IMG/VR virus record: IMGVR_UViG_3300045988_170943
Location: 32,001 to 96,000 of that record
DNA length: 64,000 bases
DNA from: a virus
Strand: one strand, 5' to 3'
Of this stretch, positions 19,364-29,616 are shown piece by piece. The notes beneath the pieces were generated by a model that ran no database searches, was not told where the DNA came from, and saw nothing but the letters and a program-made list of their open reading frames with translations. The position numbers and the translations under genes are program-made. Position 1 is the stretch's first letter. Each line of letters starts with the position of its first letter.

Positions 19364-19945
19364 ATGAACGTCACCCCGATCACTGACCTGTCCGTCCCCA
19401 CCACTAAGGTTGTTGTCAAGGCCGTTCGTGACGCTTTCGGCGAGAAGGCCGGACAGATCACTGGTGTCCAGTGGGTTGATAGCGATGGTCGTGAGGCAGC
19501 CAAGGTGTCCACCCATGTCGGAGACACTGAGGTTGAGGTGCAAGTCGTTGAGGTCCGTAACACTGGGTTCACTTTCACCATCACCACCAAGGATAGTCAG
19601 GGTGAGGTCCTTTCTGACTTTCTTGGTCACCATGTTAAGGTCGATGAGATGAGGAAGATCATCTCAAAGACCTATGACACCGCGTGGCGAGTCACCCTCA
19701 TGCGTGGCCTCCTGAAGGATCGCGGATACGATGTTTCTCCTATCAGCGATGCCAACATGTTCACCGTCTACGACCAGGGCCACCATAACAGCGCTGAGGT
19801 TGATGTCCAGATCCATAAGGGGATCATTGACGTCGGCTCTGAGAACGGCCGCAAGTTCGCCCAGAAGGTTGCTCTGGCTGGAGCGCTCAGCGGAACAGTC
19901 ATCCTTGATGAGAACTATGGGTCCATTGTTCGGGATACTCTCTGA
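19364..19945 (+). CDS. hypothetical protein
   Basis: SD ggaaggaaacc before ATG 19364. Promoter and terminator flank it. Confidence 0.55.
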   Translation: MNVTPITDLSVPTTKVVVKAVRDAFGEKAGQITGVQWVDSDGREAAKVSTHVGDTEVEVQVVEVRNTGFTFTITTKDSQGEVLSDFLGHHVKVDEMRKIISKTYDTAWRVTLMRGLLKDRGYDVSPISDANMFTVYDQGHHNSAEVDVQIHKGIIDVGSENGRKFAQKVALAGALSGTVILDENYGSIVRDTL

Positions 19946-19964
19946 GACCTGAGAACAGAACATA

Positions 19965-20015
19965 CCCTTGGGTTACGCTGGCCGTCAGTATCCAGCGTAA
20001 CCCAAGGGCGTTACT
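19965..20015 (+). terminator. Hairpin terminator (17 bp stem)
   Basis: cccttgggttacgctgg ... ccagcgtaacccaaggg. Confidence 0.5.
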
Positions 20016-20100
20016 ACTTGCCTCCGCCTTCCTGAAGTAGAGCCAGTCGAGCAAGGTAAACTTTCCTGTAGGAAGTGCTAAAAGTCGAGAAGAGGTCAAG

Positions 20101-20757
20101 ATGCACAAACCCGGGACCATCGCCAGCATTGTTGAAAACGTTAACGTCAATGGGGTTCATGAGACGTTCGGCAGTGTTGAGTCAGCATCTAGGAACGGCT
20201 GGTACGACTGGTTCTGTGACAGCACCATGTTGAAGCACCGCACAAAGAAGTTCCTCCCTATTCTTAGCGGAATCTCAGGCGAGGGCAAAGTCAGGGCTGA
20301 TAGCAGGGTGACTTTTAAGAATGCGTGCGGCCAACGCCTGTACGACCTAATGACACTGAAAACTAGGGACACACTCTTATGCATTGAGAACTTCCCAGAA
20401 CGCAACGGGGCCCAGTGGCTTGTCACCACCTATCATAGTGGAGACGTGGGAGAGAAAGGAGAGGAGTACAGGTTCAACGACACAGGCGCCCTCACAGCAT
20501 GGCTTAACACACCCTGGGAACAGGTCGGAGACGACGGAGACTCAGGCGACGTTGAGCCTGTTAGCGACTTGCATCTAGGGGCAGGAGATGAAGACGCTGG
20601 CGGCCGCTCGAAAGAGTCCAGCAGCAAAAGTGTGCCCTTGGAGGAGATGCTTGAAGTCATAGAGGAGATCCTTCATGGAGACCCCTGGATGTCGGATCGC
20701 CAGCGGGAAGCCCTTGAAAACGCAATGAGGTTCATCGACAGTAAGACCGGCAACTAA
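20101..20757 (+). CDS. hypothetical protein, family I (paralog of 44965-45372) with acidic C-terminal extension
   Basis: Shared NGWYDWFC...K[HN]R[TS]KKF block with 44965-45372. Confidence 0.6.
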   Translation: MHKPGTIASIVENVNVNGVHETFGSVESASRNGWYDWFCDSTMLKHRTKKFLPILSGISGEGKVRADSRVTFKNACGQRLYDLMTLKTRDTLLCIENFPERNGAQWLVTTYHSGDVGEKGEEYRFNDTGALTAWLNTPWEQVGDDGDSGDVEPVSDLHLGAGDEDAGGRSKESSSKSVPLEEMLEVIEEILHGDPWMSDRQREALENAMRFIDSKTGN

Positions 20758-20812
20758 CCTCAAAGCAAATTAGTCGCCGGTCCTTGCTGGCAGACAATCT
20801 CCCGCCTGTTGC

Positions 20813-21262
20813 CTAGACAGAGGCCACATGCTCAGCGACAGTGAGCAGGGCCGAACTCAGGTAGCCATGCTCCTCAACGTCACCACCAATAGTCGTAGCG
20901 AACGACCCGTCCTCGCTGTGGCGGATGTCAGCAACGTGCTCACCTAGCACGGACACATGGTAGCCGTCAGCATCCTCCGTGACATCAGCGTCTACCAGGC
21001 GGCGGAGACGACCCTCAACGGAGACACTTGTGTCAGCCAGGGCAACGCGCATGAACTCCCATGTTGCCGCATGGGTCATATCCAGTCGAAAACTTGGTGT
21101 GACGGACCCGCCCACGCGACCGATACCGTACATGTCACCAACGATCACAAGAGCGACGCTGCCGAGAATCACAGCATCATAGTCGTCGTTGTGGACAGTG
21201 CGAACGACTGACTTAGGGAACTGGTTGCGGATCCATTTTTGCATGTTCTCAACAGTGCTCAT
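20813..21262 (-). CDS. hypothetical protein
   Basis: 149 aa ORF. Downstream partner of the 21344-21676 minus-strand pair. Confidence 0.45.
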   Translation of the reverse strand: MSTVENMQKWIRNQFPKSVVRTVHNDDYDAVILGSVALVIVGDMYGIGRVGGSVTPSFRLDMTHAATWEFMRVALADTSVSVEGRLRRLVDADVTEDADGYHVSVLGEHVADIRHSEDGSFATTIGGDVEEHGYLSSALLTVAEHVASV

Positions 21263-21343
21263 GTGTGTCTCCTATCTTGTGAGTGTTTGTTGCTGGCTGA
21301 GTCGAATCTTGCGTGACTACCATAGTACGTATTGGGAAGTCAG

Positions 21344-21676
21344 TCAACTCTCATCAATCTCATCAGCATCGACCCATTTCTCACTGAGACCTAGATACTC
21401 GCAGTACGGAACGTACTCAGTCGCCGATCCGGCGATGCCATTGGCAGCGTCCTCTAGCGCCTGAAGCATCTCCTCCGCTGTATCCGTTTCGTCCGAGAGA
21501 TTCGCACGGATGTCCTCGGGAGTGCCGTACACGGTGTTGAGCCACGTTCGAATGTCGTCACGGCTAGTGTCATCAGTGACAATGAGTTGTCCACCTGTGC
21601 CAATCTCATCGGTGACGACTTTCACGGTGTCGCGGTGGATACGGACGAAGTAGCCACCACTGTTGTTGGTACTCAT
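21344..21676 (-). CDS. hypothetical acidic protein
   Basis: 110 aa ORF, upstream member of a two-gene minus-strand block. Confidence 0.45.
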   Translation of the reverse strand: MSTNNSGGYFVRIHRDTVKVVTDEIGTGGQLIVTDDTSRDDIRTWLNTVYGTPEDIRANLSDETDTAEEMLQALEDAANGIAGSATEYVPYCEYLGLSEKWVDADEIDES

Positions 21677-21909
21677 CTCAGAATCTCCTCAATTTACTCA
21701 GTAGAGGCCCTTCACCTCGCCGATGATTCGAGCATACACTGCGACTATAACAGACTGCAACGCTCTCACGTGTGATGCGCACCATATGTCAAAGTTGCCG
21801 GTGCTCCAGACTCTCCCCATGCTGCTCTATGACCCATGTCACTCGTTCTTGAGTTGACTGCCCATGGTGCTGGTGGGTATGGTTGAGTCACAAGCAAGGA
21901 GGAAGAACA

Positions 21910-22431
21910 ATGGATAGCCAAGTCAAGGACATTATCAAGGAAGCGCTGAATTTGTACGCTTCTAGGGGCATTGATGATGAAATGTTCTACACTGAGGATC
22001 GTGACATTTTCATCTTTGTCAGGTCGGGAGGTATGGTCGCTCAAGCGATTCTTCCTATTGGTGATTCTTTCGCCGAGTTTGAGGTGACGCACTACAATCT
22101 TCACCCTAACTCCATTGCGGAGATTGTTCAGACGGCGATTATGCACCGTGAGATCATGCTCGCCTGCATTAAAGCCCTGGATTCTAAGGGATGGAGTGTG
22201 TCTGCGTATAGGCCATTCTTCTATAAGGGGGTTGCTGTTGAGCGAGATGGCGAAAAAGCCCTCCTGACTGACCTAACAACCGCATCCGTCACTATCGAGG
22301 GGGACGGGTTTGAGGCTGTCGTTGAAGACCTCCACCAAAGCGGCATCCTCAGGGATCGAAGGTTCATGACACCTAGAGTGTTTACTTTCTCAAATGCCAC
22401 GATCAATGCGGCAGTTAACGCCCTGGACTAA
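21910..22431 (+). CDS. hypothetical protein, GW family
   Basis: SD caaggaggaagaaca before ATG 21910. CIKALDSKGWSVS block. Confidence 0.6.
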   Translation: MDSQVKDIIKEALNLYASRGIDDEMFYTEDRDIFIFVRSGGMVAQAILPIGDSFAEFEVTHYNLHPNSIAEIVQTAIMHREIMLACIKALDSKGWSVSAYRPFFYKGVAVERDGEKALLTDLTTASVTIEGDGFEAVVEDLHQSGILRDRRFMTPRVFTFSNATINAAVNALD

Positions 22432-22466
22432 AAGAACAACCAGTACATTTGATGAAGGAAGATAAG

Positions 22467-23111
22467 ATGACCAACTCTGACACTGGCACCATTGAGGCGA
22501 TCTGCGAGGCCATGAAGGCCATCGAGAACGCTAACTGCTCCAACGACTTGGTGTGGTCTCTCGACAAGATCCCCCTGAAGTACGCCCCAGAGTGGGGTTT
22601 CAAGTGCCCTGCCGTCAACAAGGATCTAACCCAAAAGATGCGCACCATGACAGGTGATGACCGTCTGTTCGTTGTGGCCGAGAACACCACCGACCTCTGG
22701 GATCATGGGATCGTCCGCTACGTTGAGGACAACGAGTGGGGATGGATAGTTGACGGATATGGCGACGAAGACAATAGTGTCCACCCTGAGGACATTGAGG
22801 CCGTCTGGGGTGCCTACCTGAAACTGACTGACAGCACGTTTACTGTGGACCCAGGTGAGTTCCGCTGGGATGAGGACTACCTTGAGTACGTCCGTAATCA
22901 GGCCGTCAAGGTTTCTGGTGTCATTGGAATAGACAAGGCGTGTGAACTCATGGTCAAGGTGTTTGAGGACGCTGACTTCAAGGTTAAGGGCATGAGGGAC
23001 ACCTCCCCTGAGCATGGGCGTGTTGGAATCGTTATTGTAACCAACTATGACGGCGAAGAGCACCTTGTTGGTTATGGCCGCCCCAGGGTGCGTTTCCACC
23101 AGGTCTCCTAG
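22467..23111 (+). CDS. hypothetical protein, family J (paralog of 37899-38546)
   Basis: Shared blocks (KYAPEWGFKCPAVNK vs MKWGLECPAVDK; C-terminal YEVGHGRPKI vs LVGYGRPRV). Confidence 0.65.
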   Translation: MTNSDTGTIEAICEAMKAIENANCSNDLVWSLDKIPLKYAPEWGFKCPAVNKDLTQKMRTMTGDDRLFVVAENTTDLWDHGIVRYVEDNEWGWIVDGYGDEDNSVHPEDIEAVWGAYLKLTDSTFTVDPGEFRWDEDYLEYVRNQAVKVSGVIGIDKACELMVKVFEDADFKVKGMRDTSPEHGRVGIVIVTNYDGEEHLVGYGRPRVRFHQVS

Positions 23112-23134
23112 TCGCCCTTACTCCAAGGGGTGAC

Positions 23135-23746
23135 ATGTTAGAAGGGACACCAATAGTGGTTAACAGGTTGGATGACTACTGCCATATAGATGACCCGTTC
23201 GCCCGCACTGCCATCAGTTTCGTCATGAACTCGCGCGACTTCACTGGCGGACTGATCGAGGCAGTGTACAAGACCGTCTACATGAGCAGTTACGATCCAG
23301 ATGCCCTGTGTCAAATCCTGTGCGAGATCCCCAGGCAGGTGTTCGCACTGAACCGGTCAATCACCGCTGGAGACGCCCTTGTGAGTAGTGTTGTTGACGA
23401 TCTGGTGGCAGAAATGTGCCGTGCTGTGTGGAGGGTTGAACCTGAGGACACTCCGCTCTTCAAGGCGCTAGAGGTTCAGTCAAGCAGCAGGGTTCTTGCA
23501 GAGGGGGAGGATAAGGTCTCTTGGTCTCCAGCGTTCACCTGGCAGGACTCTAATATGCCATGCCTGGCAGTCAACTTCTACAGCGGCATGATTTACGTCA
23601 GCGATTACACATATAAGGGCGTTGTAGCGGACAGGTACACTTCATGGCCTATCAAAAGGTGGATTTTCCGTTCCCGGCCGGTCGCTCGTGAGATTGTCGG
23701 CCAGTACCATGAGACTGAACCGCTGAGGGAGATGGAGTACTTCTAA
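23135..23746 (+). CDS. hypothetical protein
   Basis: 203 aa ORF. Confidence 0.5.
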   Translation: MLEGTPIVVNRLDDYCHIDDPFARTAISFVMNSRDFTGGLIEAVYKTVYMSSYDPDALCQILCEIPRQVFALNRSITAGDALVSSVVDDLVAEMCRAVWRVEPEDTPLFKALEVQSSSRVLAEGEDKVSWSPAFTWQDSNMPCLAVNFYSGMIYVSDYTYKGVVADRYTSWPIKRWIFRSRPVAREIVGQYHETEPLREMEYF

Positions 23747-23891
23747 CAGGTTCAGTGTCGCCCCTATTCATGTGATAGAAGAGCACGGATAGGGGACACC
23801 AGACAGCAGTCAGGGGAGTTCGAGATGCACCCATCTGATTTGCGCACCTAGACACCACATCTCAGGCAAATCAGGCCCCTCTATGTGGCAT

Positions 23892-23938
23892 AGTTCACAC
23901 GAACCTGGGTTGCAGCACTCTGGCTGGCCGTGTAGTAT
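23892..23938 (+). promoter_or_regulatory. Shared-type promoter AGTTCAC-N11-TTGCAG-N17-TAGTAT
   Basis: Full motif match, but no ORF-track gene lies downstream; see small ORF 23992-24153. Confidence 0.5.
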
Positions 23939-23991
23939 GGAGTCATCAGCCAGGGAGCACAAGGCTTCCGGCCAGAAGAAGGAGCACAAGA

Positions 23992-24153
23992 ATGGACATT
24001 AGTTTCGCTGTCGCAGTCATTGAGAAGATGATCTCCGACGTGGAGGCCCGCATCAAGGTTGAGGACAACATGACCAGCAGGACAGTGCTCACGATCAAGT
24101 TGGATGCTTATAAGGAGGTTCTGGCTGAGGTTGAGCCTATGGCTAACGTCTGA
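23992..24153 (+). CDS. small hypothetical protein (53 aa), not in ORF track
   Basis: SD gaagaaggagcacaag before ATG, directly downstream of a full promoter motif. Confidence 0.45.
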   Translation: MDISFAVAVIEKMISDVEARIKVEDNMTSRTVLTIKLDAYKEVLAEVEPMANV

Positions 24154-24711
24154 TCTCTGTCAACACCTTTGAGGGTGGCACACTGGTTAGTGAGAGACCA
24201 AGCGTGCCACCCTATTCCTGTGCTGGAGGCGATGACGCGATATGTACCCCCTTTACGTCTAGGTGACTCTCAAGGCAGAGGTTGTGTGTTTCTCTGTGGC
24301 ACCTTAGTTCGCTGGCTCAAGAGTTGGTGCAGGGGATGAGGTCGGGTGATTGCTGGCGGTGTCAGATGTTTTCTGACCTTGCGGCTCAGCAGTGTCATGC
24401 TGCTCGCCGTCTTCTGGGGCACTGGGCTGGCTGCTAAGACCGGAAGACGGGATACTGAAGGGTGCAGTGGCTCCGTAGAGGTGCCTTTGTATAGGCCGAC
24501 TGTCTCTGTCGTCTACTTGAAGCCCAGGAGGAATAAGTTCTATGGAATCGCCATTCGTGCGGCTTGGCTACCAGAATAGAGCCGCAAGGGTTACCATTAT
24601 AGTAAAAATCACTATTACTGCTGGACCGATTCTGCCATGCCTGACAAAACTGACGACGAAGAGCAACATAATTAGTGTTACCACTCCGATTATTAAGGTT
24701 ACCATTTTTGC

Positions 24712-25017
24712 CTAGTTCACCGGTTTGCGGGTTGGCGTATAGGTTGGGTGGTTGCTGTTATCGGGCGTACTTGTTTCGTGTGTGACTGAGTGATGACTCA
24801 TGCTGCTAGATATATCGTGCTCTGGATATACAGCATCGCCAATTACAAATATTCCGGAAAGAATAGGTCCGAACAGCGCCCCAAATAATATGATAGCAAA
24901 TAGCATTTCGTCAATCTTGGAGCCCCACTTTACAAGCATCCACAAAATGAGGATGCCAACCACTATCAGTGCGATACCAAAAACCACGTCAATCACCTCA
25001 GGTCCTTTCTGCTGCAT
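24712..25017 (-). CDS. small membrane protein in low-GC islet
   Basis: 101 aa, two hydrophobic helices. Local GC is clearly lower than the flanks. Confidence 0.45.
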   Translation of the reverse strand: MQQKGPEVIDVVFGIALIVVGILILWMLVKWGSKIDEMLFAIILFGALFGPILSGIFVIGDAVYPEHDISSSMSHHSVTHETSTPDNSNHPTYTPTRKPVN

Positions 25018-25172
25018 GCACCTTCACATGTTAGCAGATCGTTGAGGAAAAGCAAGAGGGTGAAGCGAATCTTACTGCCGATCATTTTCTTGAGCGTCAG
25101 AGGTGTTGATGTGAAACCGCCCCGCCCTGTTACAACAGAACAGGGCGGGGCGGTTGAGAGGGGCCTGACGGC

Positions 25173-25832
25173 TCACACCTGGGGGAGAAACTTGCTCACA
25201 GGGATGAGCATAACCTCAGACTCGACGAACGAGTCCTGGCTCTTAAGATCCTCGCCGAGCCAGAAGAGCGAATTTGCAACCATATCAACAATCTTCCCCG
25301 AAGGATCCGTCTCGCCGCCGCTCCCGCTGTAGAAGTTCATGGAAATCATGTCACTGTCCTCCACGCTGAAAGTAATGTCTACAGAGGAGGTGTCGTCAGT
25401 GTCTTCGGAACCGATCTCCACCTCAATGGTGTTCTCAGCAACACTACCCACCCAATCAGCCTCATCCGAGAGGTTGCGAACAAGGTAGGTGGCGACCTCA
25501 GACTCCGCCTTGACGCCCTTGACGTGCTCGATAATTGCCGCAATGGCCCCGTACACGGACATCTCAGAGATTCGACGCACCTCCTCCTCAAAGCGCCCAG
25601 CCGTCTCAGTTACGCGAGAGACAAGGACGTTATCAGAGGTGTTGGAGTATCGAATGCGGACGTTGTTGACAGTAGTCCAGATGTAGTTATCGTTCATGTA
25701 GACTTCAACACACGGGATGTTGAGCGCGAAAGCGGTCTTGACAAGAACGCGAACAGGAATTGACTCCTTGCGAAGAGAATTGAATGTCTTGCGGTCGAAC
25801 TTGCTGAACACCTGGATGCTAACATTCTCCAT
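25173..25832 (-). CDS. hypothetical acidic protein
   Basis: 219 aa. Minus-strand shared-type promoter at about 25880-25935 (GTGAACT at 25929-25935). Confidence 0.55.
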   Translation of the reverse strand: MENVSIQVFSKFDRKTFNSLRKESIPVRVLVKTAFALNIPCVEVYMNDNYIWTTVNNVRIRYSNTSDNVLVSRVTETAGRFEEEVRRISEMSVYGAIAAIIEHVKGVKAESEVATYLVRNLSDEADWVGSVAENTIEVEIGSEDTDDTSSVDITFSVEDSDMISMNFYSGSGGETDPSGKIVDMVANSLFWLGEDLKSQDSFVESEVMLIPVSKFLPQV

Positions 25833-26058
25833 GATTCCCCCTCAGGGTCTTGCCTTGGGCCGGTTGCCCTTTGGCTGATAACCCAACCATACCCCACCCG
25901 CCAGCCAGGAGGCAACCCCACTGTGAGTGAACTGGGCCACACATCACAACACTGCCCCCAGCCGTGACCCGCATTGACCTGCCAATGGCTGGGAGTGGTG
26001 TTGTTGAAGATAGAACGGGTGGGGTGAGCCCGACTGTTCTCGCCCCACCCGTTCGGAG

Positions 26059-26880
26059 TCACCCGAGCACTACAGCATCCTTCTGGGCCTCAACAATCAG
26101 AGCATATGCGTCAGCGATGCGTCCAGCCCACACCATGGGCATGGAGTCGCTATAACTCTGGGCGCGAATCTCACGAACCGTCTCAATCAGCATGTTTGAG
26201 GCCAGCATCTCATCCACACTGGGGGCATACACCCCAACGTCCACACCCCAGCGGGCAGACTGAGCATTGGCCTCCAAGGCAGCCTGAACGCGCTCATCAT
26301 CGGGGATCTTGAAGTCCTCATGCAGGGGTACATTGATTCCGTCATCGTTGCGCATGTACTCGCGCCACACAGTGCGGAACAGGTCGAGATGAGCCAGGGG
26401 AACATACCACTCTCCCGCATGAGGCCCAGAGATGTTCGTCATCATCTTAGCGTCATAGTGCTCAGGGAGCCGCTTCGTGACCTCAACCACGCCATCGGAC
26501 ATGACCGCATACAGGGCAGGTGCAGGGCGAGAAACGATACCGTTAATGATGACAGAACGCGAGTAGTACTCATCGTAGCGTTCACGAACCACCTCCCGCT
26601 TATCTCGGCTCCCCAAGTGGAAGGTGTCGTAAACCTCACCATCACAGAAGGTGGATACAGCCTCGTAAATCAGGCCGTCAGGGGCGATAAAGTAGGTGTT
26701 TCTCCCAATGATGGTGGGGTGATCGCCATCCCACGAAGGGAGAGTCGTCTTAACTGTCTCCTTGCGCGATGAACGGCCGTAACCTCCATACCCCTCGCAG
26801 CGGATCCTGACCTTGACGGGCTTGGCTCCCGCCTTGATTGCGGCGTCCTGGCTCTCGGTCATGGTCTTAACGGTAATCAA
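26059..26880 (-). CDS. hypothetical protein
   Basis: 273 aa ORF. Confidence 0.55.
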   Translation of the reverse strand: MITVKTMTESQDAAIKAGAKPVKVRIRCEGYGGYGRSSRKETVKTTLPSWDGDHPTIIGRNTYFIAPDGLIYEAVSTFCDGEVYDTFHLGSRDKREVVRERYDEYYSRSVIINGIVSRPAPALYAVMSDGVVEVTKRLPEHYDAKMMTNISGPHAGEWYVPLAHLDLFRTVWREYMRNDDGINVPLHEDFKIPDDERVQAALEANAQSARWGVDVGVYAPSVDEMLASNMLIETVREIRAQSYSDSMPMVWAGRIADAYALIVEAQKDAVVLG

Positions 26881-27119
26881 GGGAGTCTCCTTTTGTGCGG
26901 TGTGTGTTTGTTGACTGATGTGAACACTACCTACTGTTCAGAGATGTGTCAACCATATGGTGTGTGAACTAGAACATAGTCGCACGAGATTTGAGCATAA
27001 CCGCTAGTAAGCACCAGAACCAACCTTCCGAAAGTGGGCATTCAAGGTTGGTTCTGGTGCTTCTATTGGAGGCATCTGAATGAACTTAGTAATGAGTCCC
27101 GGCCAGGATATTGGCTGAC

Positions 27120-27410
27120 TTACTCGACATTCCCCTCGCGCTTGTCCCACGTATCTGTTGGTACCACCTCAAAGCCGACCTGAACTCCAACCTTGTCCAC
27201 CAGGCTCATCGCCTTTGCCATGGCTTCGCTTGGTGACTTTGCGTCAATGGTGACAACCACGTCAATCATGCCCGGAAAATCAGTCGAGTCACTGATAGCG
27301 GGGTGGTATCCTTCAAGGTTGGTCATGATGTCATCCACCATAGCGTCCTCATCAGGGTACTCGTTGGGGTTGACGTTGATCGTGGCATTGTACAGCATGC
27401 ATTCTCCCAT
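27120..27410 (-). CDS. hypothetical protein
   Basis: 96 aa ORF; hairpin 26995-27060 downstream. Confidence 0.45.
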   Translation of the reverse strand: MGECMLYNATINVNPNEYPDEDAMVDDIMTNLEGYHPAISDSTDFPGMIDVVVTIDAKSPSEAMAKAMSLVDKVGVQVGFEVVPTDTWDKREGNVE

Positions 27411-27584
27411 GTGTCAAGTGTGAAGCAAGTTCTGCCATTGTAGCACATGTGCGTCAAGGGTGGCAACACGTTCCAGCAGAACCAGGTAGGTAAGGAAGTT
27501 GGGAGACGTGGCTCATAGGGGCTGAACGCCTCCCATCTCTTTTAGCCCATCCTCCCTTTTACAAAGGAGGGTGTTGGGAAATGT

Positions 27585-27950
27585 TTACGCCCAGGTGACA
27601 TCTTCAACATGCTCCCAGGATAGCCCCAGAGTGTTGAGCAGTGCATCCTCGGCAGCCTCGCGGTCAGAGTTCTCCATGCCTACCTCACCATCAGACCCAG
27701 GAACAGTGACTTCAATGTCACTCATCCAGTAGGGCGGCTCAGTATCCACCCCGTACAGGCTGTCCACGCCAGGCGGGATGACGTCAGAAACTCGAAGAAC
27801 CCACGGCCCGCCATTAATGTCGGTGTCGCTGGAGAGAAACCACTGGAGGACAATCTTAGTGCCGTCAGACACCAGCGCCTTAGCCTTCTGCTGTGTAGTG
27901 CTCATCAATGCTCTCTTTGAAGTAACGGTCGTTAACCTTTGCGACAACAA
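27585..27950 (-). CDS. hypothetical protein
   Basis: 121 aa ORF. Confidence 0.45.
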   Translation of the reverse strand: MLSQRLTTVTSKRALMSTTQQKAKALVSDGTKIVLQWFLSSDTDINGGPWVLRVSDVIPPGVDSLYGVDTEPPYWMSDIEVTVPGSDGEVGMENSDREAAEDALLNTLGLSWEHVEDVTWA

Positions 27951-28148
27951 CCTAGATGCTCATCAGCATAAACCTACACTGCTGTAGTAGTCAAACACGG
28001 CACGAGTGATCTGCCGCACACCCACACAACAGAGAGAGTGGAACGTACTGCACCGACCTGAACCTAATCACTATAGGGACACCAATATTAGATGACGCGG
28101 GGCAAGACACCCAGAACCTTCTCTATGCGCGCTCTATATAAGTGACCC

Positions 28149-28197
28149 TGTTCACACCCCTACAGGTTGACGACTCCGGGCATGGGATGTCTATACT
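28149..28197 (+). promoter_or_regulatory. Shared-type promoter TGTTCAC-N11-TTGACG-N19-TATACT
   Basis: Motif match upstream of 28252. Confidence 0.5.
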
Positions 28198-28251
28198 GGG
28201 GCCAGTTGGTGCGCATACACGCGAACCCACCATATTACTCCAGGAGGAAAA

Positions 28252-28656
28252 GTGTCCAAGATTATTCTCATCGTCAAGAGCATCAACAACACCGAGAAGC
28301 CGCTTGAGGCCCACGTTGGCGAGATCGACCGTGACGACCTGGATGATGCGGTCAAGGAGATGACTGACTCCAAGTATCTCGGTCGCACCTGGTCATCAGA
28401 CGATGCTGACGACCTGAAGAATGCCGCCGAGGACAAGGGTGCATACTTCATGGATGAGGCAGAAAACGACAGTGACTCCTACAACATCGTCACCCGCCAC
28501 TCTGACTACCTGGAAGACGGGGACGATGAGGTGACAGTGGTCATCAACTACACCTGTGGCGATGATCGCTCAATCGATGTCGCTACAGCGCGTACTGTGG
28601 CCACGTTCGACGGGGAGACCCGCGACCTGCTCTTCGACTACATGGCGAGTCTCTAA
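28252..28656 (+). CDS. hypothetical acidic protein (GTG start)
   Basis: SD ccaggaggaaaa before GTG. Confidence 0.55.
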   Translation: MSKIILIVKSINNTEKPLEAHVGEIDRDDLDDAVKEMTDSKYLGRTWSSDDADDLKNAAEDKGAYFMDEAENDSDSYNIVTRHSDYLEDGDDEVTVVINYTCGDDRSIDVATARTVATFDGETRDLLFDYMASL

Positions 28657-29095
28657 GGCCCTCCTGCTCGCGTTAAGGCGTGAGTGGCGGGGTGTCAGAG
28701 AAATAGTTTCTGGCGTCATAAAAAAGACCAATACATCACACTTAAGTACTTAGATAGGATTCAGTCATGGATAACCGCATGGCATCTGTTATTATTGGAG
28801 ATCTGCTTCAAGAAACTAGCGCAAACGTGATAGCGTCTACTGACGAACTCCGAAAGGATATGCTATTGGATCGCCTTGAAGTTCTTGAGATCGCCTTTTC
28901 TCTTGCATGTGATGGGGATCTCATTGATGAGGACCCGAACTCCTAGCCCAAGTAGCAATAATGCACACCCCGCTCCTTGTGTTCCAGATCACATGCTACC
29001 AGGTTGCACCCATTTCGTGCACTCTGATATGGTGAACCCACCCAAGCGGGTGAGACACAAAGGTCCCATCCCTCGCCCAGAAAGAGAGACCGGTA

Positions 29096-29605
29096 ATGGC
29101 GGCGACAATCTTCGAGTCCGTCGAGGATGATGTGCGTGAGGCAGTCATCGCGCTCAACGTTAATGGCGAGATGGTAGCAGACGACTCCGGGGCTACCTTC
29201 AATAGCAAGAGCCTGACCATCTTCGCCCGCCCTGGATTCACTAGGGCGACTGTTCGGCTTGCCATTGAGGGCCATGAAGTTGAAGAGACCCTGACCATGC
29301 AGACCACTAGGCCAAAGTCCATCTGTGTGCTCGTGGAGGGGATGACTGAACGGCTCACTACTCTATCGAAGTGCGTGAGTGCCCTTGAGGGCGCTGGATG
29401 GTCGGTTACTAAGACCCAAGGGGGCATAGTGTTCATGGGCAACAAGAATAAGACGGTGTTCATGGCGGCGAACACCTGGGACATCTTCATCAACGGGAAG
29501 AGTCGCCGAAGTGCTGCAAAGATCCTCCATGACGCTGGGATCATTGAGGATACGAAGAGTATCCCCTATCAGCCGGGAACCTACCATCTCACCCGGAACG
29601 ACTAA
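29096..29605 (+). CDS. hypothetical protein, GW family
   Basis: Paralog of 17305-17811. Confidence 0.65.
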   Translation: MAATIFESVEDDVREAVIALNVNGEMVADDSGATFNSKSLTIFARPGFTRATVRLAIEGHEVEETLTMQTTRPKSICVLVEGMTERLTTLSKCVSALEGAGWSVTKTQGGIVFMGNKNKTVFMAANTWDIFINGKSRRSAAKILHDAGIIEDTKSIPYQPGTYHLTRND

Positions 29606-29616
29606 GGGGCGGACTC

